This document shows positions 12,741 through 24,882 of a DNA stretch of 64,000 nucleotides, piece after piece. How positions within the stretch are numbered: position 1 is the first letter of the stretch; every line of letters starts with the position of its first letter. Origin of the DNA: Gekko japonicus (taxonomy: Eukaryota); NCBI RefSeq assembly GCF_001447785.1, contig NW_015175487.1, forward strand, positions 1 through 64,000, in the 5' to 3' direction. The translations under genes were made by a program, and so were the position numbers. A model generated the notes under the pieces. It saw only the letters and a program-made list of their open reading frames with translations. It searched no databases and was not told the DNA's origin.

Positions 12741-13339
12741 TCCAACAGTAACCATTATACCACACTACCCCCAGCTGTCCCAGCATACAAACTACAATAT
12801 ACTCTTCTCTGAGAACAGGCAAGTGTTATCCCATCTAGCAAAGCCACTGGAGTTCCAACACATACTGGATAGCAACAGAATCTAAAAAGCTAGTGCAGTG
12901 TTGGCAGAGTCTAATCTGGAGAACCATGTTTGATCCCCCTGCTCCTCCTCCAGATGAAGCTGCCGTGTGACCTTGGGCCAGCCACAGTTCTGGATACCTC
13001 CCAGAATAATACTCCCCTGGTGGGACTCAGTGGCTTATTACATTGATCGCCCCTCCTCCATTTTCTCACAACAACACTGTGAGGTAGACCAGGCTGAGAG
13101 TTTGTGATGGGACCCTTGGTAGAAGTGAGGATTCAAGCCTGAGTCACCCAAGGTCCTAGTCAGACACCCTGCTCAGTGGAGGATCAGCCTAAAGCATCCC
13201 TGGCAAGTGTTCATCCGGCCACTGCTTGAAGACTGCCTGAGAGGGGGAGCTCACCATCTCCCTAGGAACGAGGAGAAAGGAAGCTGCGATGGATTGTGCT
13301 GCAAAAGCTCATAAGTCTTATGTGAACATATGAAGCACT

Positions 13340-14098
13340 GTGGAGAATTAATGCTTCACAGAACCAGAGAGGCTTGAGTGACAGGCTGCTCAAAGGGATT
13401 TGATTGGTTAGCATCGCTTGAGCAGAAAGGCTTGGGAACTGACTGCTGAAGAGAATTCAGCTCAGCCCTGACTAAGGAGGGTTTAGCTCTGACTAAGAAA
13501 TGGAACCATTTAGGCCTGACTGAAGAGAGCTTAGTACTGACTGAGAAAAGTTTAGCACTGATTGAGGACTGGGAAGATTGGCAAGGAGGACTGGGAGGAT
13601 TGGTGAAGATCCCCATTTGAGCCAGAAAAAGGGATAGATCTTCTAGTCAGAGAAGTGCTTCCCTACCCAGTTGGAAAGGGAGATGGCTCAAAGAGTGGAG
13701 TGATCCCTCTTGTGTTTAGAGAAGGAATTGGGGACTTGGTAGTGTATCCCTGCTTTCTGATACCTGAAGTCAGTTCAACTCAAGAGTGTTTAGAAGACAG
13801 TGAAACCAAAGCCTCTCATCTCTTAAGATTCTAAGACTTTGCGAAAAGATTTAAACTCTCACTTGCTGGAAACGTATGAATGTGAAATTACTAAATTCAT
13901 TATTGATTTATCTCAGACATTTTACTCCTGCTCTCAACTGACCTTTCCCCCTCTACCTTGAATAAAATATCTTGTTTATTTTTAAATGTTCTAAAGCCTT
14001 TTGTGTGCCATTTTCTGAAGTTTGCATTAAAGAGGGTGATCTTGTCTCTTCCCTCAAGTTTCTGGGCTGAGCCAGCATTAAAACTCCATGAAGTGACA
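13340..14098 (+). mobile_element. Probable solo LTR
   Basis: Internal ctgactgaag/ctgactaag subrepeats, AATAAA at about 13961, ends ...gtgaca. No TSD resolved and the start is approximate. Confidence 0.4.
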
Positions 14099-14420
14099 AG
14101 GTGGGACAGCCATTTTTCTTCAGATATGAAGAAAATAAAGGGGCTGCTCAGTCAGAAAGGATGGGGAGGGGGGGAGGAGGGAAAATCATGTGTCTGAGTG
14201 AAGGACCAAGGCTAGGTCGTCATCCAAAGAAGAACATGAAGTGGCAGGGGAGGGAGGGAACAGACAACGAACAAACCCTTGCAGCCTGATCTAAGAGTTC
14301 AAGGAAAATGCCATCAGCCAACCTACACGGACTATGGTGGGACTGGGGTAGCTATTTGGGCTCAGAAGGAAGGGAGTCAAAGCCAGGCCCTACAAATGTT
14401 AGGAGGAGAAATCTATTTCC

Positions 14421-14618
14421 TGCTGTTCCCTCTAAGCTCTGGAGTCCTGTGAGCAAAAATTCTACTTTGTGAGCTACTGACATTAAAGTTGCGAGCAGGT
14501 GATTTGGCTACTGAATATGCTCTGGGGCCGTCCTTCCTGAGCTAAGACAGAAATGTGTGACCTGGAGGCTAAAAAACTGTGAGCTAGCTCACACTAACTC
14601 AGCTTAGAGGGAACACTG
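14421..14618. mobile_element. hAT-type MITE (CAGTGTTCCCTCTAAGCT family)
   Basis: TIRs tgttccctctaagct / agcttagagggaacactg. Confidence 0.8.
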
Positions 14619-15322
14619 TGACTCAAGTGCACGTCCTGAGGCCCAAGTTTCAAGGGGCGAGTGACAAGTGGGCACATTGCTTCCTCCCGCATTTACCATT
14701 CACACATTTGTGGACATACATCCACACTCACAGGATGCTGGTGAAGATAACTGAAGAACTATTACAGTTCTGCAGGGCCTGTAAAACGGAGCTCTTCCAC
14801 CAGGCGTTCGGAGCCGCCGCCGCCACCACTGCTACTGGAGAGCAAGCCCGTCCCCGGGGTCCTCCGTGTATAGCCTGACCTGAGCGCCTGCTGGGACATC
14901 TGATGGAGATCAAGAAGCTGACTGAACGCCGAGGAAGCATGCTAGCACTTTAATATGTTGTATCGCTATGGTTTTAAATCTCTGTTTGATTGGATTTTAT
15001 ATCGTATATTGTGTTATTATATTGTATTGTTTGCATTGTCGTGTGAAGCCGCCCTGAGCCGGCTTTGCTGGGAGGGCGGGATACAAATCTAATGAAATAA
15101 ATAAATAAATGGCCGGCCTCCCATTTCCCCTGCCGTCTGACATTGTGGGCAGGAGAGTCAGGGTGGAAGTGGTGAGGAGAAGAGGAGAGAATGCCTCTGA
15201 CAATAATCAGGGGAGGAATGTCCTGACCTTTTAACGATATGGAAATGGGCTGCTGAAACTTCTCATGGCACGGAAGTCAGCCGCATGGCCTGGTAAATTG
15301 ATATCCCATCAAGCCTCTATTT

Positions 15323-15570
15323 TGCCAGTTTGGTGTTGTGGTTAAGTGTGTGGACTCTAATCTGGGAGAACCGGGTTTGATTCCCCACTCCTCCACTTGC
15401 ACCTGCTGATGTGACCTTGGGTCATTCACAAGCTCTGGCACAGCTGTTCCTGAAAGAGCAGTTTGTGTCTGAGTTCTCTCAGCCCCACCCACCTCACAGG
15501 GTGTCTATTATGGGGAGGGGAAGGGAAAGGAGTTTGTAAACCGCTCTGAGACTCCAAGTCTTCTTCTATT
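15323..15570 (+). mobile_element. tRNA-derived SINE (Squam3-like)
   Basis: Family head and body. Confidence 0.8.
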
Positions 15571-15659
15571 AAGGGGACAGGATACTTCCTGCCGCCCTGC
15601 CCCCTTCACCACTGATGGCAACTCCCCAAAATAATAATCTCGATTCACCTGGTGGTGGT

Positions 15660-15872
15660 GGGAAGTGCCATCAGATTGCACCTGGCTTATGGCAACCCCT
15701 TACAGTTTTCAAGGTAAGAGACTAACAGAGAGGTGGTTTGCCATTGCCTGCCTCTGTGTGGTGAGCCTGAACTTCTGTGGTGGTCTCCCATCCAAATACC
15801 AACCAGGGCCAACCCTGCTTAGCTTCTGAGATATGATGGAACTAGCCTAGCTTGGGCCATCCGGCTTGGGCT
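15660..15872 (-). mobile_element. 5S rRNA-derived SINE
   Basis: Reverse complement contains the 5S-like tctcagaagctaagcagggt...tatttggatgggagacc. Confidence 0.65.
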
Positions 15873-16930
15873 CAGTTCCCCTGGACCCACAGATTCTTGC
15901 CGGAGACATCATGACGCAAAACAGAATTTCAGAACATCTTCCCTTTGCCAAGCCAAACTGGGAGCATGCCCAAAAGATTATACAAGTTCAGAAGACAGAG
16001 GCATGTTCAAGAGTGTAGGAAACAATGGAACACTACCATCTGCCTTTCTCAGCAGCAGACTCGGCATGCACATAAACAAGCATCTTCAGCCTCATCTTTC
16101 CGTCCCAACGGTGATCTAATAACGAAGCAGGTTTGTGCTTCTCACGTGCCTCAGTCCCCACCACCAGCCCAGGTCCATCTGGCCAGCCATTCCTTGCATG
16201 AGATACTCTGGTTGGTACTATATAACATTGCACGGTCCGAATGGTGGCACCAAAGATGGAATGCTGCTGGAATCCAAAACCCTGCTTACCTCTGTACAGG
16301 AAGATGCTCCTAACTTCTCACCGAGGTGTCCGTCTGGTGTTGGATGAACGTGTTGAGCAAAAAGAGGACAGTAACCGAGTAGTAACCAAGCTGGGTAGTC
16401 TTACTCTGGGAGTCTTAAGGTTCCAGAAAACCAGTGGGAGATTCCATGTACGTCTCCGCAACAGAAGTCCATGAGGATAATACACAGGCAGGGAGACGAG
16501 CTGCTGAGATGCTGTTTTTCTGTAACTCCAGCACCGACTCAAGACTTAGAAATATCACTGCTCTCTTTTCTTCTTCCATTGGGGCCAGCACTAGACATCC
16601 CAGTTCTATTCCCTAGTATAGGGAGAAATAGCTCTGGTCCTCTGGAAGGGGAATGAGAAAGAGGAGGGTGATGTGGTCACTCAGTATATTTGGAGACCAA
16701 ATCAAAGAACTGCACAGTATCCTGTGATCGTCTAGTGTCACCCTCTGCCCTGAAGTAGGGTAGGACCATCCATGGTCCTTGTCTGTATGTGAATAAGAAT
16801 GGAGGGAGACATTCTCCTCCCCCAACTAGCATTTCCTCCAGGCCTGGAGGGAAAATGTTCTGTTCCCTTAAGAGAGGCTTTTGTTTCCTATTTATTTATA
16901 TATTTATTTATTTCGCTGTCAAGTCACAAC

Positions 16931-17080
16931 CAATGTTCCCTCTAAGCTATGGAGTCCTGTGAGCAAAAATTCTACTTTGTGAGCTACTGCCATTAAAGTT
17001 GTGAGCACGTAGTTTGGCTACTACATAAATTAGTTTGCTCACGAGCTAGCTCAGACTAACTGAGCTTAGAGGGAACACTG
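16931..17080. mobile_element. hAT-type MITE inserted in a 5S SINE
   Basis: Family TIRs and 8-bp TSD GTCACAAC. Confidence 0.85.
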
Positions 17081-17212
17081 GTCACAACCCACTTCTGGCC
17101 ACCCTGTTGGGTTTTCAAGGCAAGAGATGTTCAGAGGTGGTTTGCCATTGCCTGGCTCTGCGCAACAACCCGAGGCTTCCTTGGTGATGTTCCATCCAAA
17201 CACTAACTGAGA

Positions 17213-17503
17213 GCCAGTTTGGTGTAGTGGTTAAGTGGTTACTCTAATCTGGGAGAACCGGGTTTGATTCCCCACTCCTCCACTTGCACCTGGCTGGATG
17301 AACTTGGGCAAGCCGTAGTTCTGATAAGAGCTGTCCTTGAAAAAGAGCAGTTTCTGTCAAGAGCTCTCTCAGCCCCACTAACCTCACAGGGTGTCTGTTG
17401 TGGGGTGGGGAAGGGAAAGGAGACTGTAAGCCACTCTGAGATACCTTTGGGTAGTGAAGGGTGGGGTATAAATCCAATCTCTTCTTCTTCTTCTTCTTCT
17501 TCT
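17213..17503 (+). mobile_element. tRNA-derived SINE (Squam3-like) nested in a 5S SINE
   Basis: Family head and (CTT)n tail. Confidence 0.8.
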
Positions 17504-17551
17504 TGACCCAGCTTAGCTTTCAAGATCTGATGAGATTGGGCTAGCCTAGAC

Positions 17552-17718
17552 CAATGTTCCCTCTAAGCTGTGGAGTCTTGTGAGCAAAAAGTCAGCTTTG
17601 TGAGCTACTGGCATTAAAGTTGTGAGTGAGTGACTTAGCTACTGCATAAATTAGTCTGCTCTGGAGCCATCCCTTCCTGAGCTAAGACAAAAATGTGTGA
17701 GATTAGAGGGAACACTGG
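17552..17718. mobile_element. hAT-type MITE
   Basis: Family TIRs and TSD GCCTAGAC. Confidence 0.8.
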
Positions 17719-18866
17719 CCTAGACCATTAGGGTCAGGTCAGAAAAACAGGGGATTTCCCATTGCCTGCCTCTGGGCACTAACCCTGGTGTTCCATGGTG
17801 GTCTCCCCTCCAAATACTGACAAAAGCCAACCCAGCTTAGCTTCTGAGATCTGATGACATCAGGCTATCCAGGTCAGGGCAATAGAGGCTTTAAAACAAC
17901 AACAACAACTTTATTTTATGTAAGACAAACAAACAAAAACAAACATACACACAAAAGGGGGGGTTCCATTTGCAACCTTATTTTGTCTATTAAGTTACCT
18001 CATACATTAACAAGTTATATTTTTAAATTTTTTCCACCTTGTATTTTGGACTATATCTTTATTCATAACTAAATAAACTATAGTTCATTGTGCTTTGGTT
18101 GTATGTCCATGTGATTGATTTATTAAGCTCTTCCATCCATTTGTAAAACCTTGACCATGTATTCTCAAAATTTCTTTCGTTTTGTCCTTTCAAAATAAAA
18201 GTTTGTTTGTCCATGTCTGCAGCTTCAAGTATTTTATTAATAATTTCTTCTTTTGAAGGTACCTCATTTTTCATCCAGTATTTGGCATATAATATTCTTG
18301 CAGCTGGATAGGAATCTTGCTTTTTAGAGTTTTCTGGTAGTATATTCAATAAAAACAACTCTGGTATATAAGGTATAGTACATTTTAACCTTTTTTGTAA
18401 CAATTCATGAATCCAAGACAAATATTTTTTAACTCTATCACACATCCACCACATATGAAAGAAAGAACCAACATTTTTTGACACTTCCAACAATCATTTG
18501 ATAATTCAGGATAAAACTTTGCTAATTTGTCTGGAGTGATATACCATCTATAAAACATTATATAAATATTTTCTTTAAATGAAACTGCTTTAGTAATCTC
18601 TACATTTGTTTTCCATACCTGCGACCATTGGTCTAAATTAATATTATGACCCAAGTTTTATGCTCATTGGACCATGCAGTTTTTTAACTATTTCATCTTG
18701 TGTTTTATTTTCTAACATTATTACATATAATTTCTTGATCAATTTCTCATCAGTATGTAACAATATCTTGTCTATTTCTGTTATTTTTGAATAAAAATCT
18801 ATTTGTTTATCTTTGACGTATCTTGATTCTATTTGAACTCTTCCCCACCAACTTAAGTTGGATTCT

Positions 18867-19348
18867 TTTTTAAAAAATTATTTCTTTATTGCATCTATAC
18901 TACAAAGAAAACATAGATATAAAAACATGGGGTAAACATTTCAAGCCTTAACTAATAGTTTAGCCTTATCCATATTACTCATTAAATCTTTATCTCACTT
19001 TTACAGGATATTAGGATTTTGTACATATCTTTTTCTCAAATCTTAATTATATGACGTTTTTAAGTTGTCATAGTTTCCAACCCAAGTATAAAATTTTAAC
19101 CAGGTATTTTTGAAAATTTCTTCTGTTTGGTTTTTCAAGAGTAATGAAAGTTTATCAATTTCTGCTATTTCAAGTATTTTGTTTATGGTTTCTGTTTTCG
19201 ATGGTAATTCTGTTGTCTTCCAATATTTGGCGTATAATATTCTAGCAGAGGTAACTACATGTAATATAAAATATAAGTCTTTTTTATGTCGATCTGGTAT
19301 TATATTTAATAGAAATATTTCTGGAATAAAGGGAATAGGAATTTTTAA
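18867..19348 (-). mobile_element. Second L1 3' fragment nested in an L1
   Basis: T-run tail and flanking direct repeat AACTTAAGTTGGATTC at about 18850 and 19349. Confidence 0.7.
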
Positions 19349-19504
19349 ACTTAAGTTGGATTCCTGAATTTTAAGATTTTCTATTGGTTTTAATTAATTT
19401 TTGTTACCCAACAAGTCTTCACATCTTAACAGTGTATTTTTTTGAAATACGTTTCGGTTAGTGAACGCTTCTAGAAGTGAAACCCACTTTGGTACCTTGG
19501 TATA

Positions 19505-19856
19505 GGTAAAGGTAAAGGTTCCCTTGCTCAAAAGCCAGTCGAATCCGACTCTAGGGTTGCGGTACTCATCTCCGTTTCAAAGCCGAAGAGCCAGCGCTGT
19601 CTGAAGTTGTTTCTGTGGTCATGTGGCCGGCATGACTAAACACCAAGGCGCACGGGACGCTGTTACCTTCCCACCGAAGCGGTACCTATTGATCTACTTG
19701 CAATTTCTTCCTTTCGAACTGCTAGGTTGGCAGGAGCTGGAACTAGAGACGGGAGCTCACTCCATCATGCAGCACACTCGGGTCTCGAACTGCTGAACTA
19801 CTGACCTTCCACAGCCTGCAGTTCAGCATCTTAACCACTTGAGCCACCGCAGCTCC
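19505..19856 (+). mobile_element. Sauria SINE-type repeat
   Basis: Same family as 866-1209, with TSD ACCTTGGTATA. Confidence 0.85.
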
Positions 19857-20277
19857 ACCTTGGTATAAAAAAGTCGTTTAACTGGGCAATAGAGGCTTGA
19901 TGGGAAGTTGTTTACCAGGGGATGTCATTTCCCTCCATGCCATTAAAAGCTTCCCCTGTTCATTTCCACAGGAAAAACATTTACTAAAAGGACAGGATTT
20001 TATTTTTTTTTACTCCAAGAGGTTGGCAGTCCTACCGGTCAACCTCTAGGTGTTCAGCCGGTGGAAAGAATATAATGTCAGTTATACTCTCTGTTCGCCT
20101 TCAGCTGCACACGTGTTGGCGTCCTGTTTCCTTCCTGCATTTTGGTGCTTCAGATGTGAGCAGGAAGTCTGTGGCATCAGGGGCTGCGGCTCCATTGGCT
20201 GGCTGTCTTTCCGCCGAATGCAGGGCCACCATAAGTGTCTGAGGAAGCGTGCATGCAAATGGAAGCTTACACCTTGA

Positions 20278-20322
<45 letters not shown>

Positions 20323-21020
20323 AATAATAATATACTTTATTGTCATTGTACATAGTACAACGAAATTAAGATGCAATCATTCGGTGATCTACAACCATAC
20401 TCATATACACTCACACAACCATTAAGGTTCACATTGCAACTTAAACCACCAATGTCACCCAAACTCCAATTCATACAGCATTTAAAGCAATAATAGCTCT
20501 CGAATAAAAACTGTTTTTTAATCTGTTTGTCCTTGTTTTGATTGTCCTATATCTTCTACCCGAAGGCAGCAGTTCAAACAGGGAGTGTTCAGGGTGTGAC
20601 AAATCCTGCAAAATGTTCTTTGCTTTTTTNNNNNNNNNNNNNNNNNNNNNNNNNNNNNNNNNNNNNNNNNNNNNNNNNNNNNNNNNNNNNNNNNNNNNNN
20701 NNNNNNNNNNNNNNNNNNNNNNNNNNNNNNNNNNNNNNNNNNNNNNNNNNNNNNNNNNNNNNNNNNNNNNNNNNNNNNNNNNNNNNNNNNNNNNNNNNNN
20801 NNNNNNNNNNNNNNNNNNATGTCCGTTTTGTTCCTCCTATAGTCCACTACCAATTCCTTGGTCTTGGTGGTGTTGAGGATCAAATTATTTTCCCTGCACC
20901 AAACACAAAGCCGTTCCACCTCATCCCGATAAGCAGACTCATCATTCCCAGAGATGAGCCCCACCACAGTGGTGTCATCAGCAAACTTGATGATGGTGTT
21001 ACTAGGGTGGGGGGGTACAA
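20278..21020 (-). mobile_element. Rex1/Babar-like LINE 3' fragment with (TTA)n tail, spanning a gap
   Basis: RT motif IIKFADDTTVVGLISGNDESAYRDEV...LNTTKTKELVVDYRR. Confidence 0.75.
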
Positions 21021-21119
21021 TCCTGTGTGTAGAGGGTATAGAGCAAGGGTGTTGGTCTTAAAGTTGCCACTGGACTCAAACTTTGTCCAGACCAACATGG
21101 CTACCCACCTGAATCTACA

Positions 21120-21162
21120 TTGGCCCATGATTAATGACTCATGGGTGGATCCCAGGAGACTC
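21120..21162. promoter_or_regulatory. Candidate OR promoter/enhancer core: homeodomain TAATGA plus O/E (EBF)-like sites
   Basis: CCCATGA-TTAATGAC-TCATGGG followed by TCCCAGGAGA, in unique sequence upstream of the minus-strand OR at 9517. Confidence 0.35.
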
Positions 21163-21719
21163 CACTATATGTCCTCTGCTGTTGGTGGCTTGTTTCTGTC
21201 ATTTATTTCCCCTCTGCAAAATGGCCGTAGGATGCAATTTCTGCCTCCAAGTGCAACAGGAAAGGTGGCCCAGTGACTCATGCAGAGATATGACAGCACT
21301 CCTGCTCCGCTGGCATTGGGGGTTCTTAGAACGGGGTAGTGATTCTTTTTATTCTTATTTAGACAGTTTTACCACCTGCCAAATATTGGATAAGAATATG
21401 CATTATCTGTGACAGGTAGCAGCCATTTTGTAGTTGTGCCCATCAGCACGTGTCAGAATTCCAAAGGTGACCCCAGGCTCAAATAGTTGGGGATCCCTGC
21501 AGTACACCCCTGCTGAACTTAGTGGGACTTACGTCTAAGCAAAGATGCATGGGATTGTGTTCCAATGCACTTTTCATATGTGGGGTTTCTTAAAAGGTAT
21601 CATTTGGTTTTAATTTAATTGCGAATCGGGGCTTGCGCCCAGGTAAGTGTACACAGCAATTCAACCTTACTATGTCATCCTTTAAAGAATCACAGCCTTA
21701 TAACCTCATGATAGACCAA

Positions 21720-22125
21720 GCCCTGGGAGGAAAGGCTGAGGGACTTGGGAATGTTCAGTCTGGAGATGAGGAGGCTGGGGGGGACACGATCGTTCTCTTT
21801 AAATATCGGAAGGGCTGTCACTTAGAGGAGGGCAGGGAGCTGTTCCTGTGGGCAGCAGAGGAGAGGACTCGCAGTCATGGGTTTAAATTAAGGGTGGGAA
21901 GCTACTGACTGGATATTAAGAAAAACTTTTTGACATAAGAATTGTGCGACAGTGGAATCAGCTGTCTAGGGAGGTGGTGAGCTCCCCCTCACTGGCAGTC
22001 TTGAAGCAGCGGCTGGACAAACACTTCTCAGGGATGCTCTAGGCTGATCCTGCATTGAGCAAGGGGGTTGGACTAGATGGCCCGTACGGCCCCTTCCAAC
22101 TCTGGGATTCTAGGATTCTGTGATT
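21720..22125 (+). mobile_element. CR1 LINE 3' end
   Basis: CR1 ORF2 C-terminus and gttggactagatg...cccttccaactct...(attct)n tail. Confidence 0.8.
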
Positions 22126-22432
22126 CACCGCTTTCAATAGACTTAAAAGAGTGAAGAGCTGCTTCTGACTGCACTCTTTCTTTATTTCTTTCTCATCTAC
22201 AATAGCAGCTTGTTTTTCTGCCTTGGGCTCCATCTTTCCTGGGCGTGGGAGGGATTGGCCCACCCACCATGGCCCAGACTTGGGGGGAGTTTGAGTCAGG
22301 GTCCGTGCTGGCAGCAGATGCCTTCTGTATGTGATGCTTGAGGCGAGCCACAATGGCCCGGAATGTTCCGTGAGGTTCCATTCACTATGGAGACGGCAGT
22401 TTAAGGCATCTTATTCCCGACCGTCTTCAGTA

Positions 22433-22492
22433 ATGGAGCAGGTAATGAAAGCCGAGCGCTGGAGAACACGTGGAGGCAAAAAACGTGAGGTG
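22433..22492 (+). CDS. Candidate first coding exon of the uncharacterised multi-exon gene (MEQ or MEQVMKAERWRTRGGKKREV)
   Basis: ATG at 22433 in a CpG-containing unique stretch. Two phase-0 donors (gtaatg at 22442, gtgagg at 22493) both fit the phase-0 exon at 24804. Confidence 0.35.
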
Positions 22493-22659
22493 GTGAGGAA
22501 GGTGGAAAGAAAGAATCGAAAGAAGCGGCATCAGAACTATGGCCTGGGGCCACCTCCAGCCCCAAGAACCATTTTTTGCCCCCCCAGGAGCCCCCAGCCT
22601 TGTTCCTCCTCTTTACTGGAGTTTCACCTCAGCCTGAAATCCCATGAGCCTTCCTCCCA

Positions 22660-23765
22660 GATGGATATAAGATGTAAATATTAATCAAATATACAAAAAA
22701 ATACATGCATTATTACAAAATCATTTAAAAGAAGAAGAAGAGAAGAGATTGGATTTATACCCCGCCCTTCACTACCCAAAGGAGTCTCAGAGCGGCTTAC
22801 AACCTCCTTTCCCTTCCCCTCCCCACAACAGACACCCTGTGGGGTAGGCGGGGCTGAGAGAGCTCTGACAGAGACTGCTCTTTTTCAAGAACAGCTGCGC
22901 CAGAACTACGGCTTGCCCAAGGTCATCCAGCAGCTGCAAGTGGAGGAGTGGGGAATCAAACCCGGTTCTCCCAGATTAGAGTCCGCATGCTTAACCACTA
23001 CACCAAACTGGTGTATATTTACAGCCCCAAATATAGTCTCAGTGCAGATTAAAATCATAGTGTTATCTCAAGTATAGACCATAAGTGACCCTGACCAAAC
23101 ACATTTCAGTCTTATGGCCTCCTTCAGTGGTCTCGAGCATAGTTATTATACATTGGCTCCAGACATGGCAATAATATTACAACAATTACTCAGTATATTC
23201 AGGACCAAGTTGAAGTTGTTCTGGAGAAAAAAATGAAGGGGAAAGATGGGTTTCAGTCTTAAGTTTGGTGCAATATTTATAATATAATCATGAAATGAAA
23301 ATCTGTTCAAAAATATCATTTTGAATTACTTCTGATCAAAGTCCATGACTCAAGACGGAGGTATAATTAAGAATAAATGAGGCTTCTTAATTATATCTCT
23401 GTCTTGAGTCATGGACATTGATTAGAAGTATTCATTTATTTATTTATTTTGGGGATTCTTATTCTGCCCTCCCCAGACAGGTTCAGGGCGGATCACAACA
23501 AATAGAGTCAAAGACGCGTTACAATAAAATCACATTAAAGTCATAAATACAATGAACAATAAAATTGGTAGCAGCAATATAATTCTGTTGGGGCCACAAG
23601 GTGGAATCAGATGGTCAGGGTCGCATATGGTCTACGTTTGAGATGACTGTATGGTTTTCATCTGTATTGAGGCTATATTTGGGCCTGTAATTGCCTTTAA
23701 ATCATTTTGTAATAAATACATGCTTTTTTGGTATATTTGATAAATATTTATGTCTTATATTCTGT
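22660..23765. mobile_element. Penelope-like relic with inverted arms and central hairpin, interrupted by a SINE (22730-23012) and an L2-like tail
   Basis: 22660-23100 is inverted against 23615-23765. Hairpin at 23327-23430. Degenerate hammerhead-like motif on - at about 23093-23131. Confidence 0.5.
22730..23012 (-). mobile_element. tRNA-derived SINE (Squam3-like)
   Basis: Full family sequence in reverse. Confidence 0.85.
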
Positions 23766-23970
23766 TCTAATACTGGGCCCTTTAATTTGGATACATGTAA
23801 CCTTCTAGGTTCTTAATTCATTCATTTTAGGTTACGTTTTCTCTTCCCCCTTTTTTTGTCCCCCCCCACGGACCCCCCCCCCAATGCTGTTTTGATCACT
23901 GCAAGCCCTCTCAGGAGGAGGGTGAACAGCCAACCCCCATCCTCCCGGCTGCTACAACCCTCTCACTTTA

Positions 23971-24358
23971 TAGGGTTGCCAGGTCCCCCCGGGGGGGGGG
24001 GCAGGGAAAACCCTGCTCGATGGGTCCATTACCTGCCGGCCCGGATCGGGCCACCGGGGGGAACCCCACCCCCAAAGTGCCGGGATCACGGAGACGTGCC
24101 TAGTGTGATGACATCATCTGGAGGTGACATCATCCATCATCACGCCGGGCACATTGCGGGGGGCACTCTATCTTTCGAGGGAAAACTCTATGGTTCTCCC
24201 TCGAATGATAGTGGTCCTGCCCCCAACGTGCCCAACGTGATGACGTCACTTCCGGGTGACGACATCACGCTGGACACATCTCCGTGCGTGCATTAAAGAA
24301 CTCCTGGAGAGGGCCAGGACTCCCCCTGCTGCAGCCAAGGTAGGACTTGGCAACCATA
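23971..24358. mobile_element. hAT-type MITE (TAGGGTTGCCA TIR)
   Basis: TIRs and 8-bp TSD TCACTTTA. Confidence 0.85.
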
Positions 24359-24803
24359 TCACTTTAGGACAGCTGTGAAGAAACCACGGGGCACACCTGG
24401 CACCCATCCTGGCTCAACCCTCCAAATGATCTTTGAATATGGTCTTTGGATCAGAAGGATTGGATGCCCCTGAGTTGCAGGAACACTGGCGAATCTTTCC
24501 CAGATCTGGTCCCTAGAGAAAACTCAAGGCAATCTAGCAGGAAAAGCCAGGTGCACCTTCGGGGGGGAGGGGTTTGGAGGTGAAGGGTGGCTAGAAGCAA
24601 AAATCCTGTTCCCTGTGCTATTGAGGGATAGCCTGTCCTGTGCTAAAGGGAGATGGTGCAGGTCTAGTGGGCATTTGCCAGTTGTGGGGGCCCGGCAAAG
24701 AGCCCTTTGAATGATCCAACTGCACCATATTTCCCTCAATTCTTGATGGCTACGCAGTGCAATTCTGAAAGTGAGGCTGAGTCTCTGCTCTGAAATCCTG
24801 CAG

Positions 24804-24882
24804 GGAAATAAGAAGAAGCTGCCTCTACGACAAAGAGTGTGGAGGGCAATCTTCGCCAAGAAAATATATAACATGCCAGAAG
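24804..24882 (+). CDS. Coding exon (GNKKKLPLRQRVWRAIFAKKIYNMPE) of the uncharacterised gene
   Basis: cctgcag acceptor and AAG|gtaggt donor. 79 nt, phase 0 to 1, joining in frame to the exon at 28126. Confidence 0.55.

Larger units (their letters stand above)
17900..19880 (-). mobile_element. L1 LINE 3' portion (ORF2 C-terminal zinc knuckle) with nested L1 and SINE
   Basis: Peptides MFYRWYITPDKL...CWKC, HMWWMC and AARILYAKYW; frameshifted. Confidence 0.8.
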
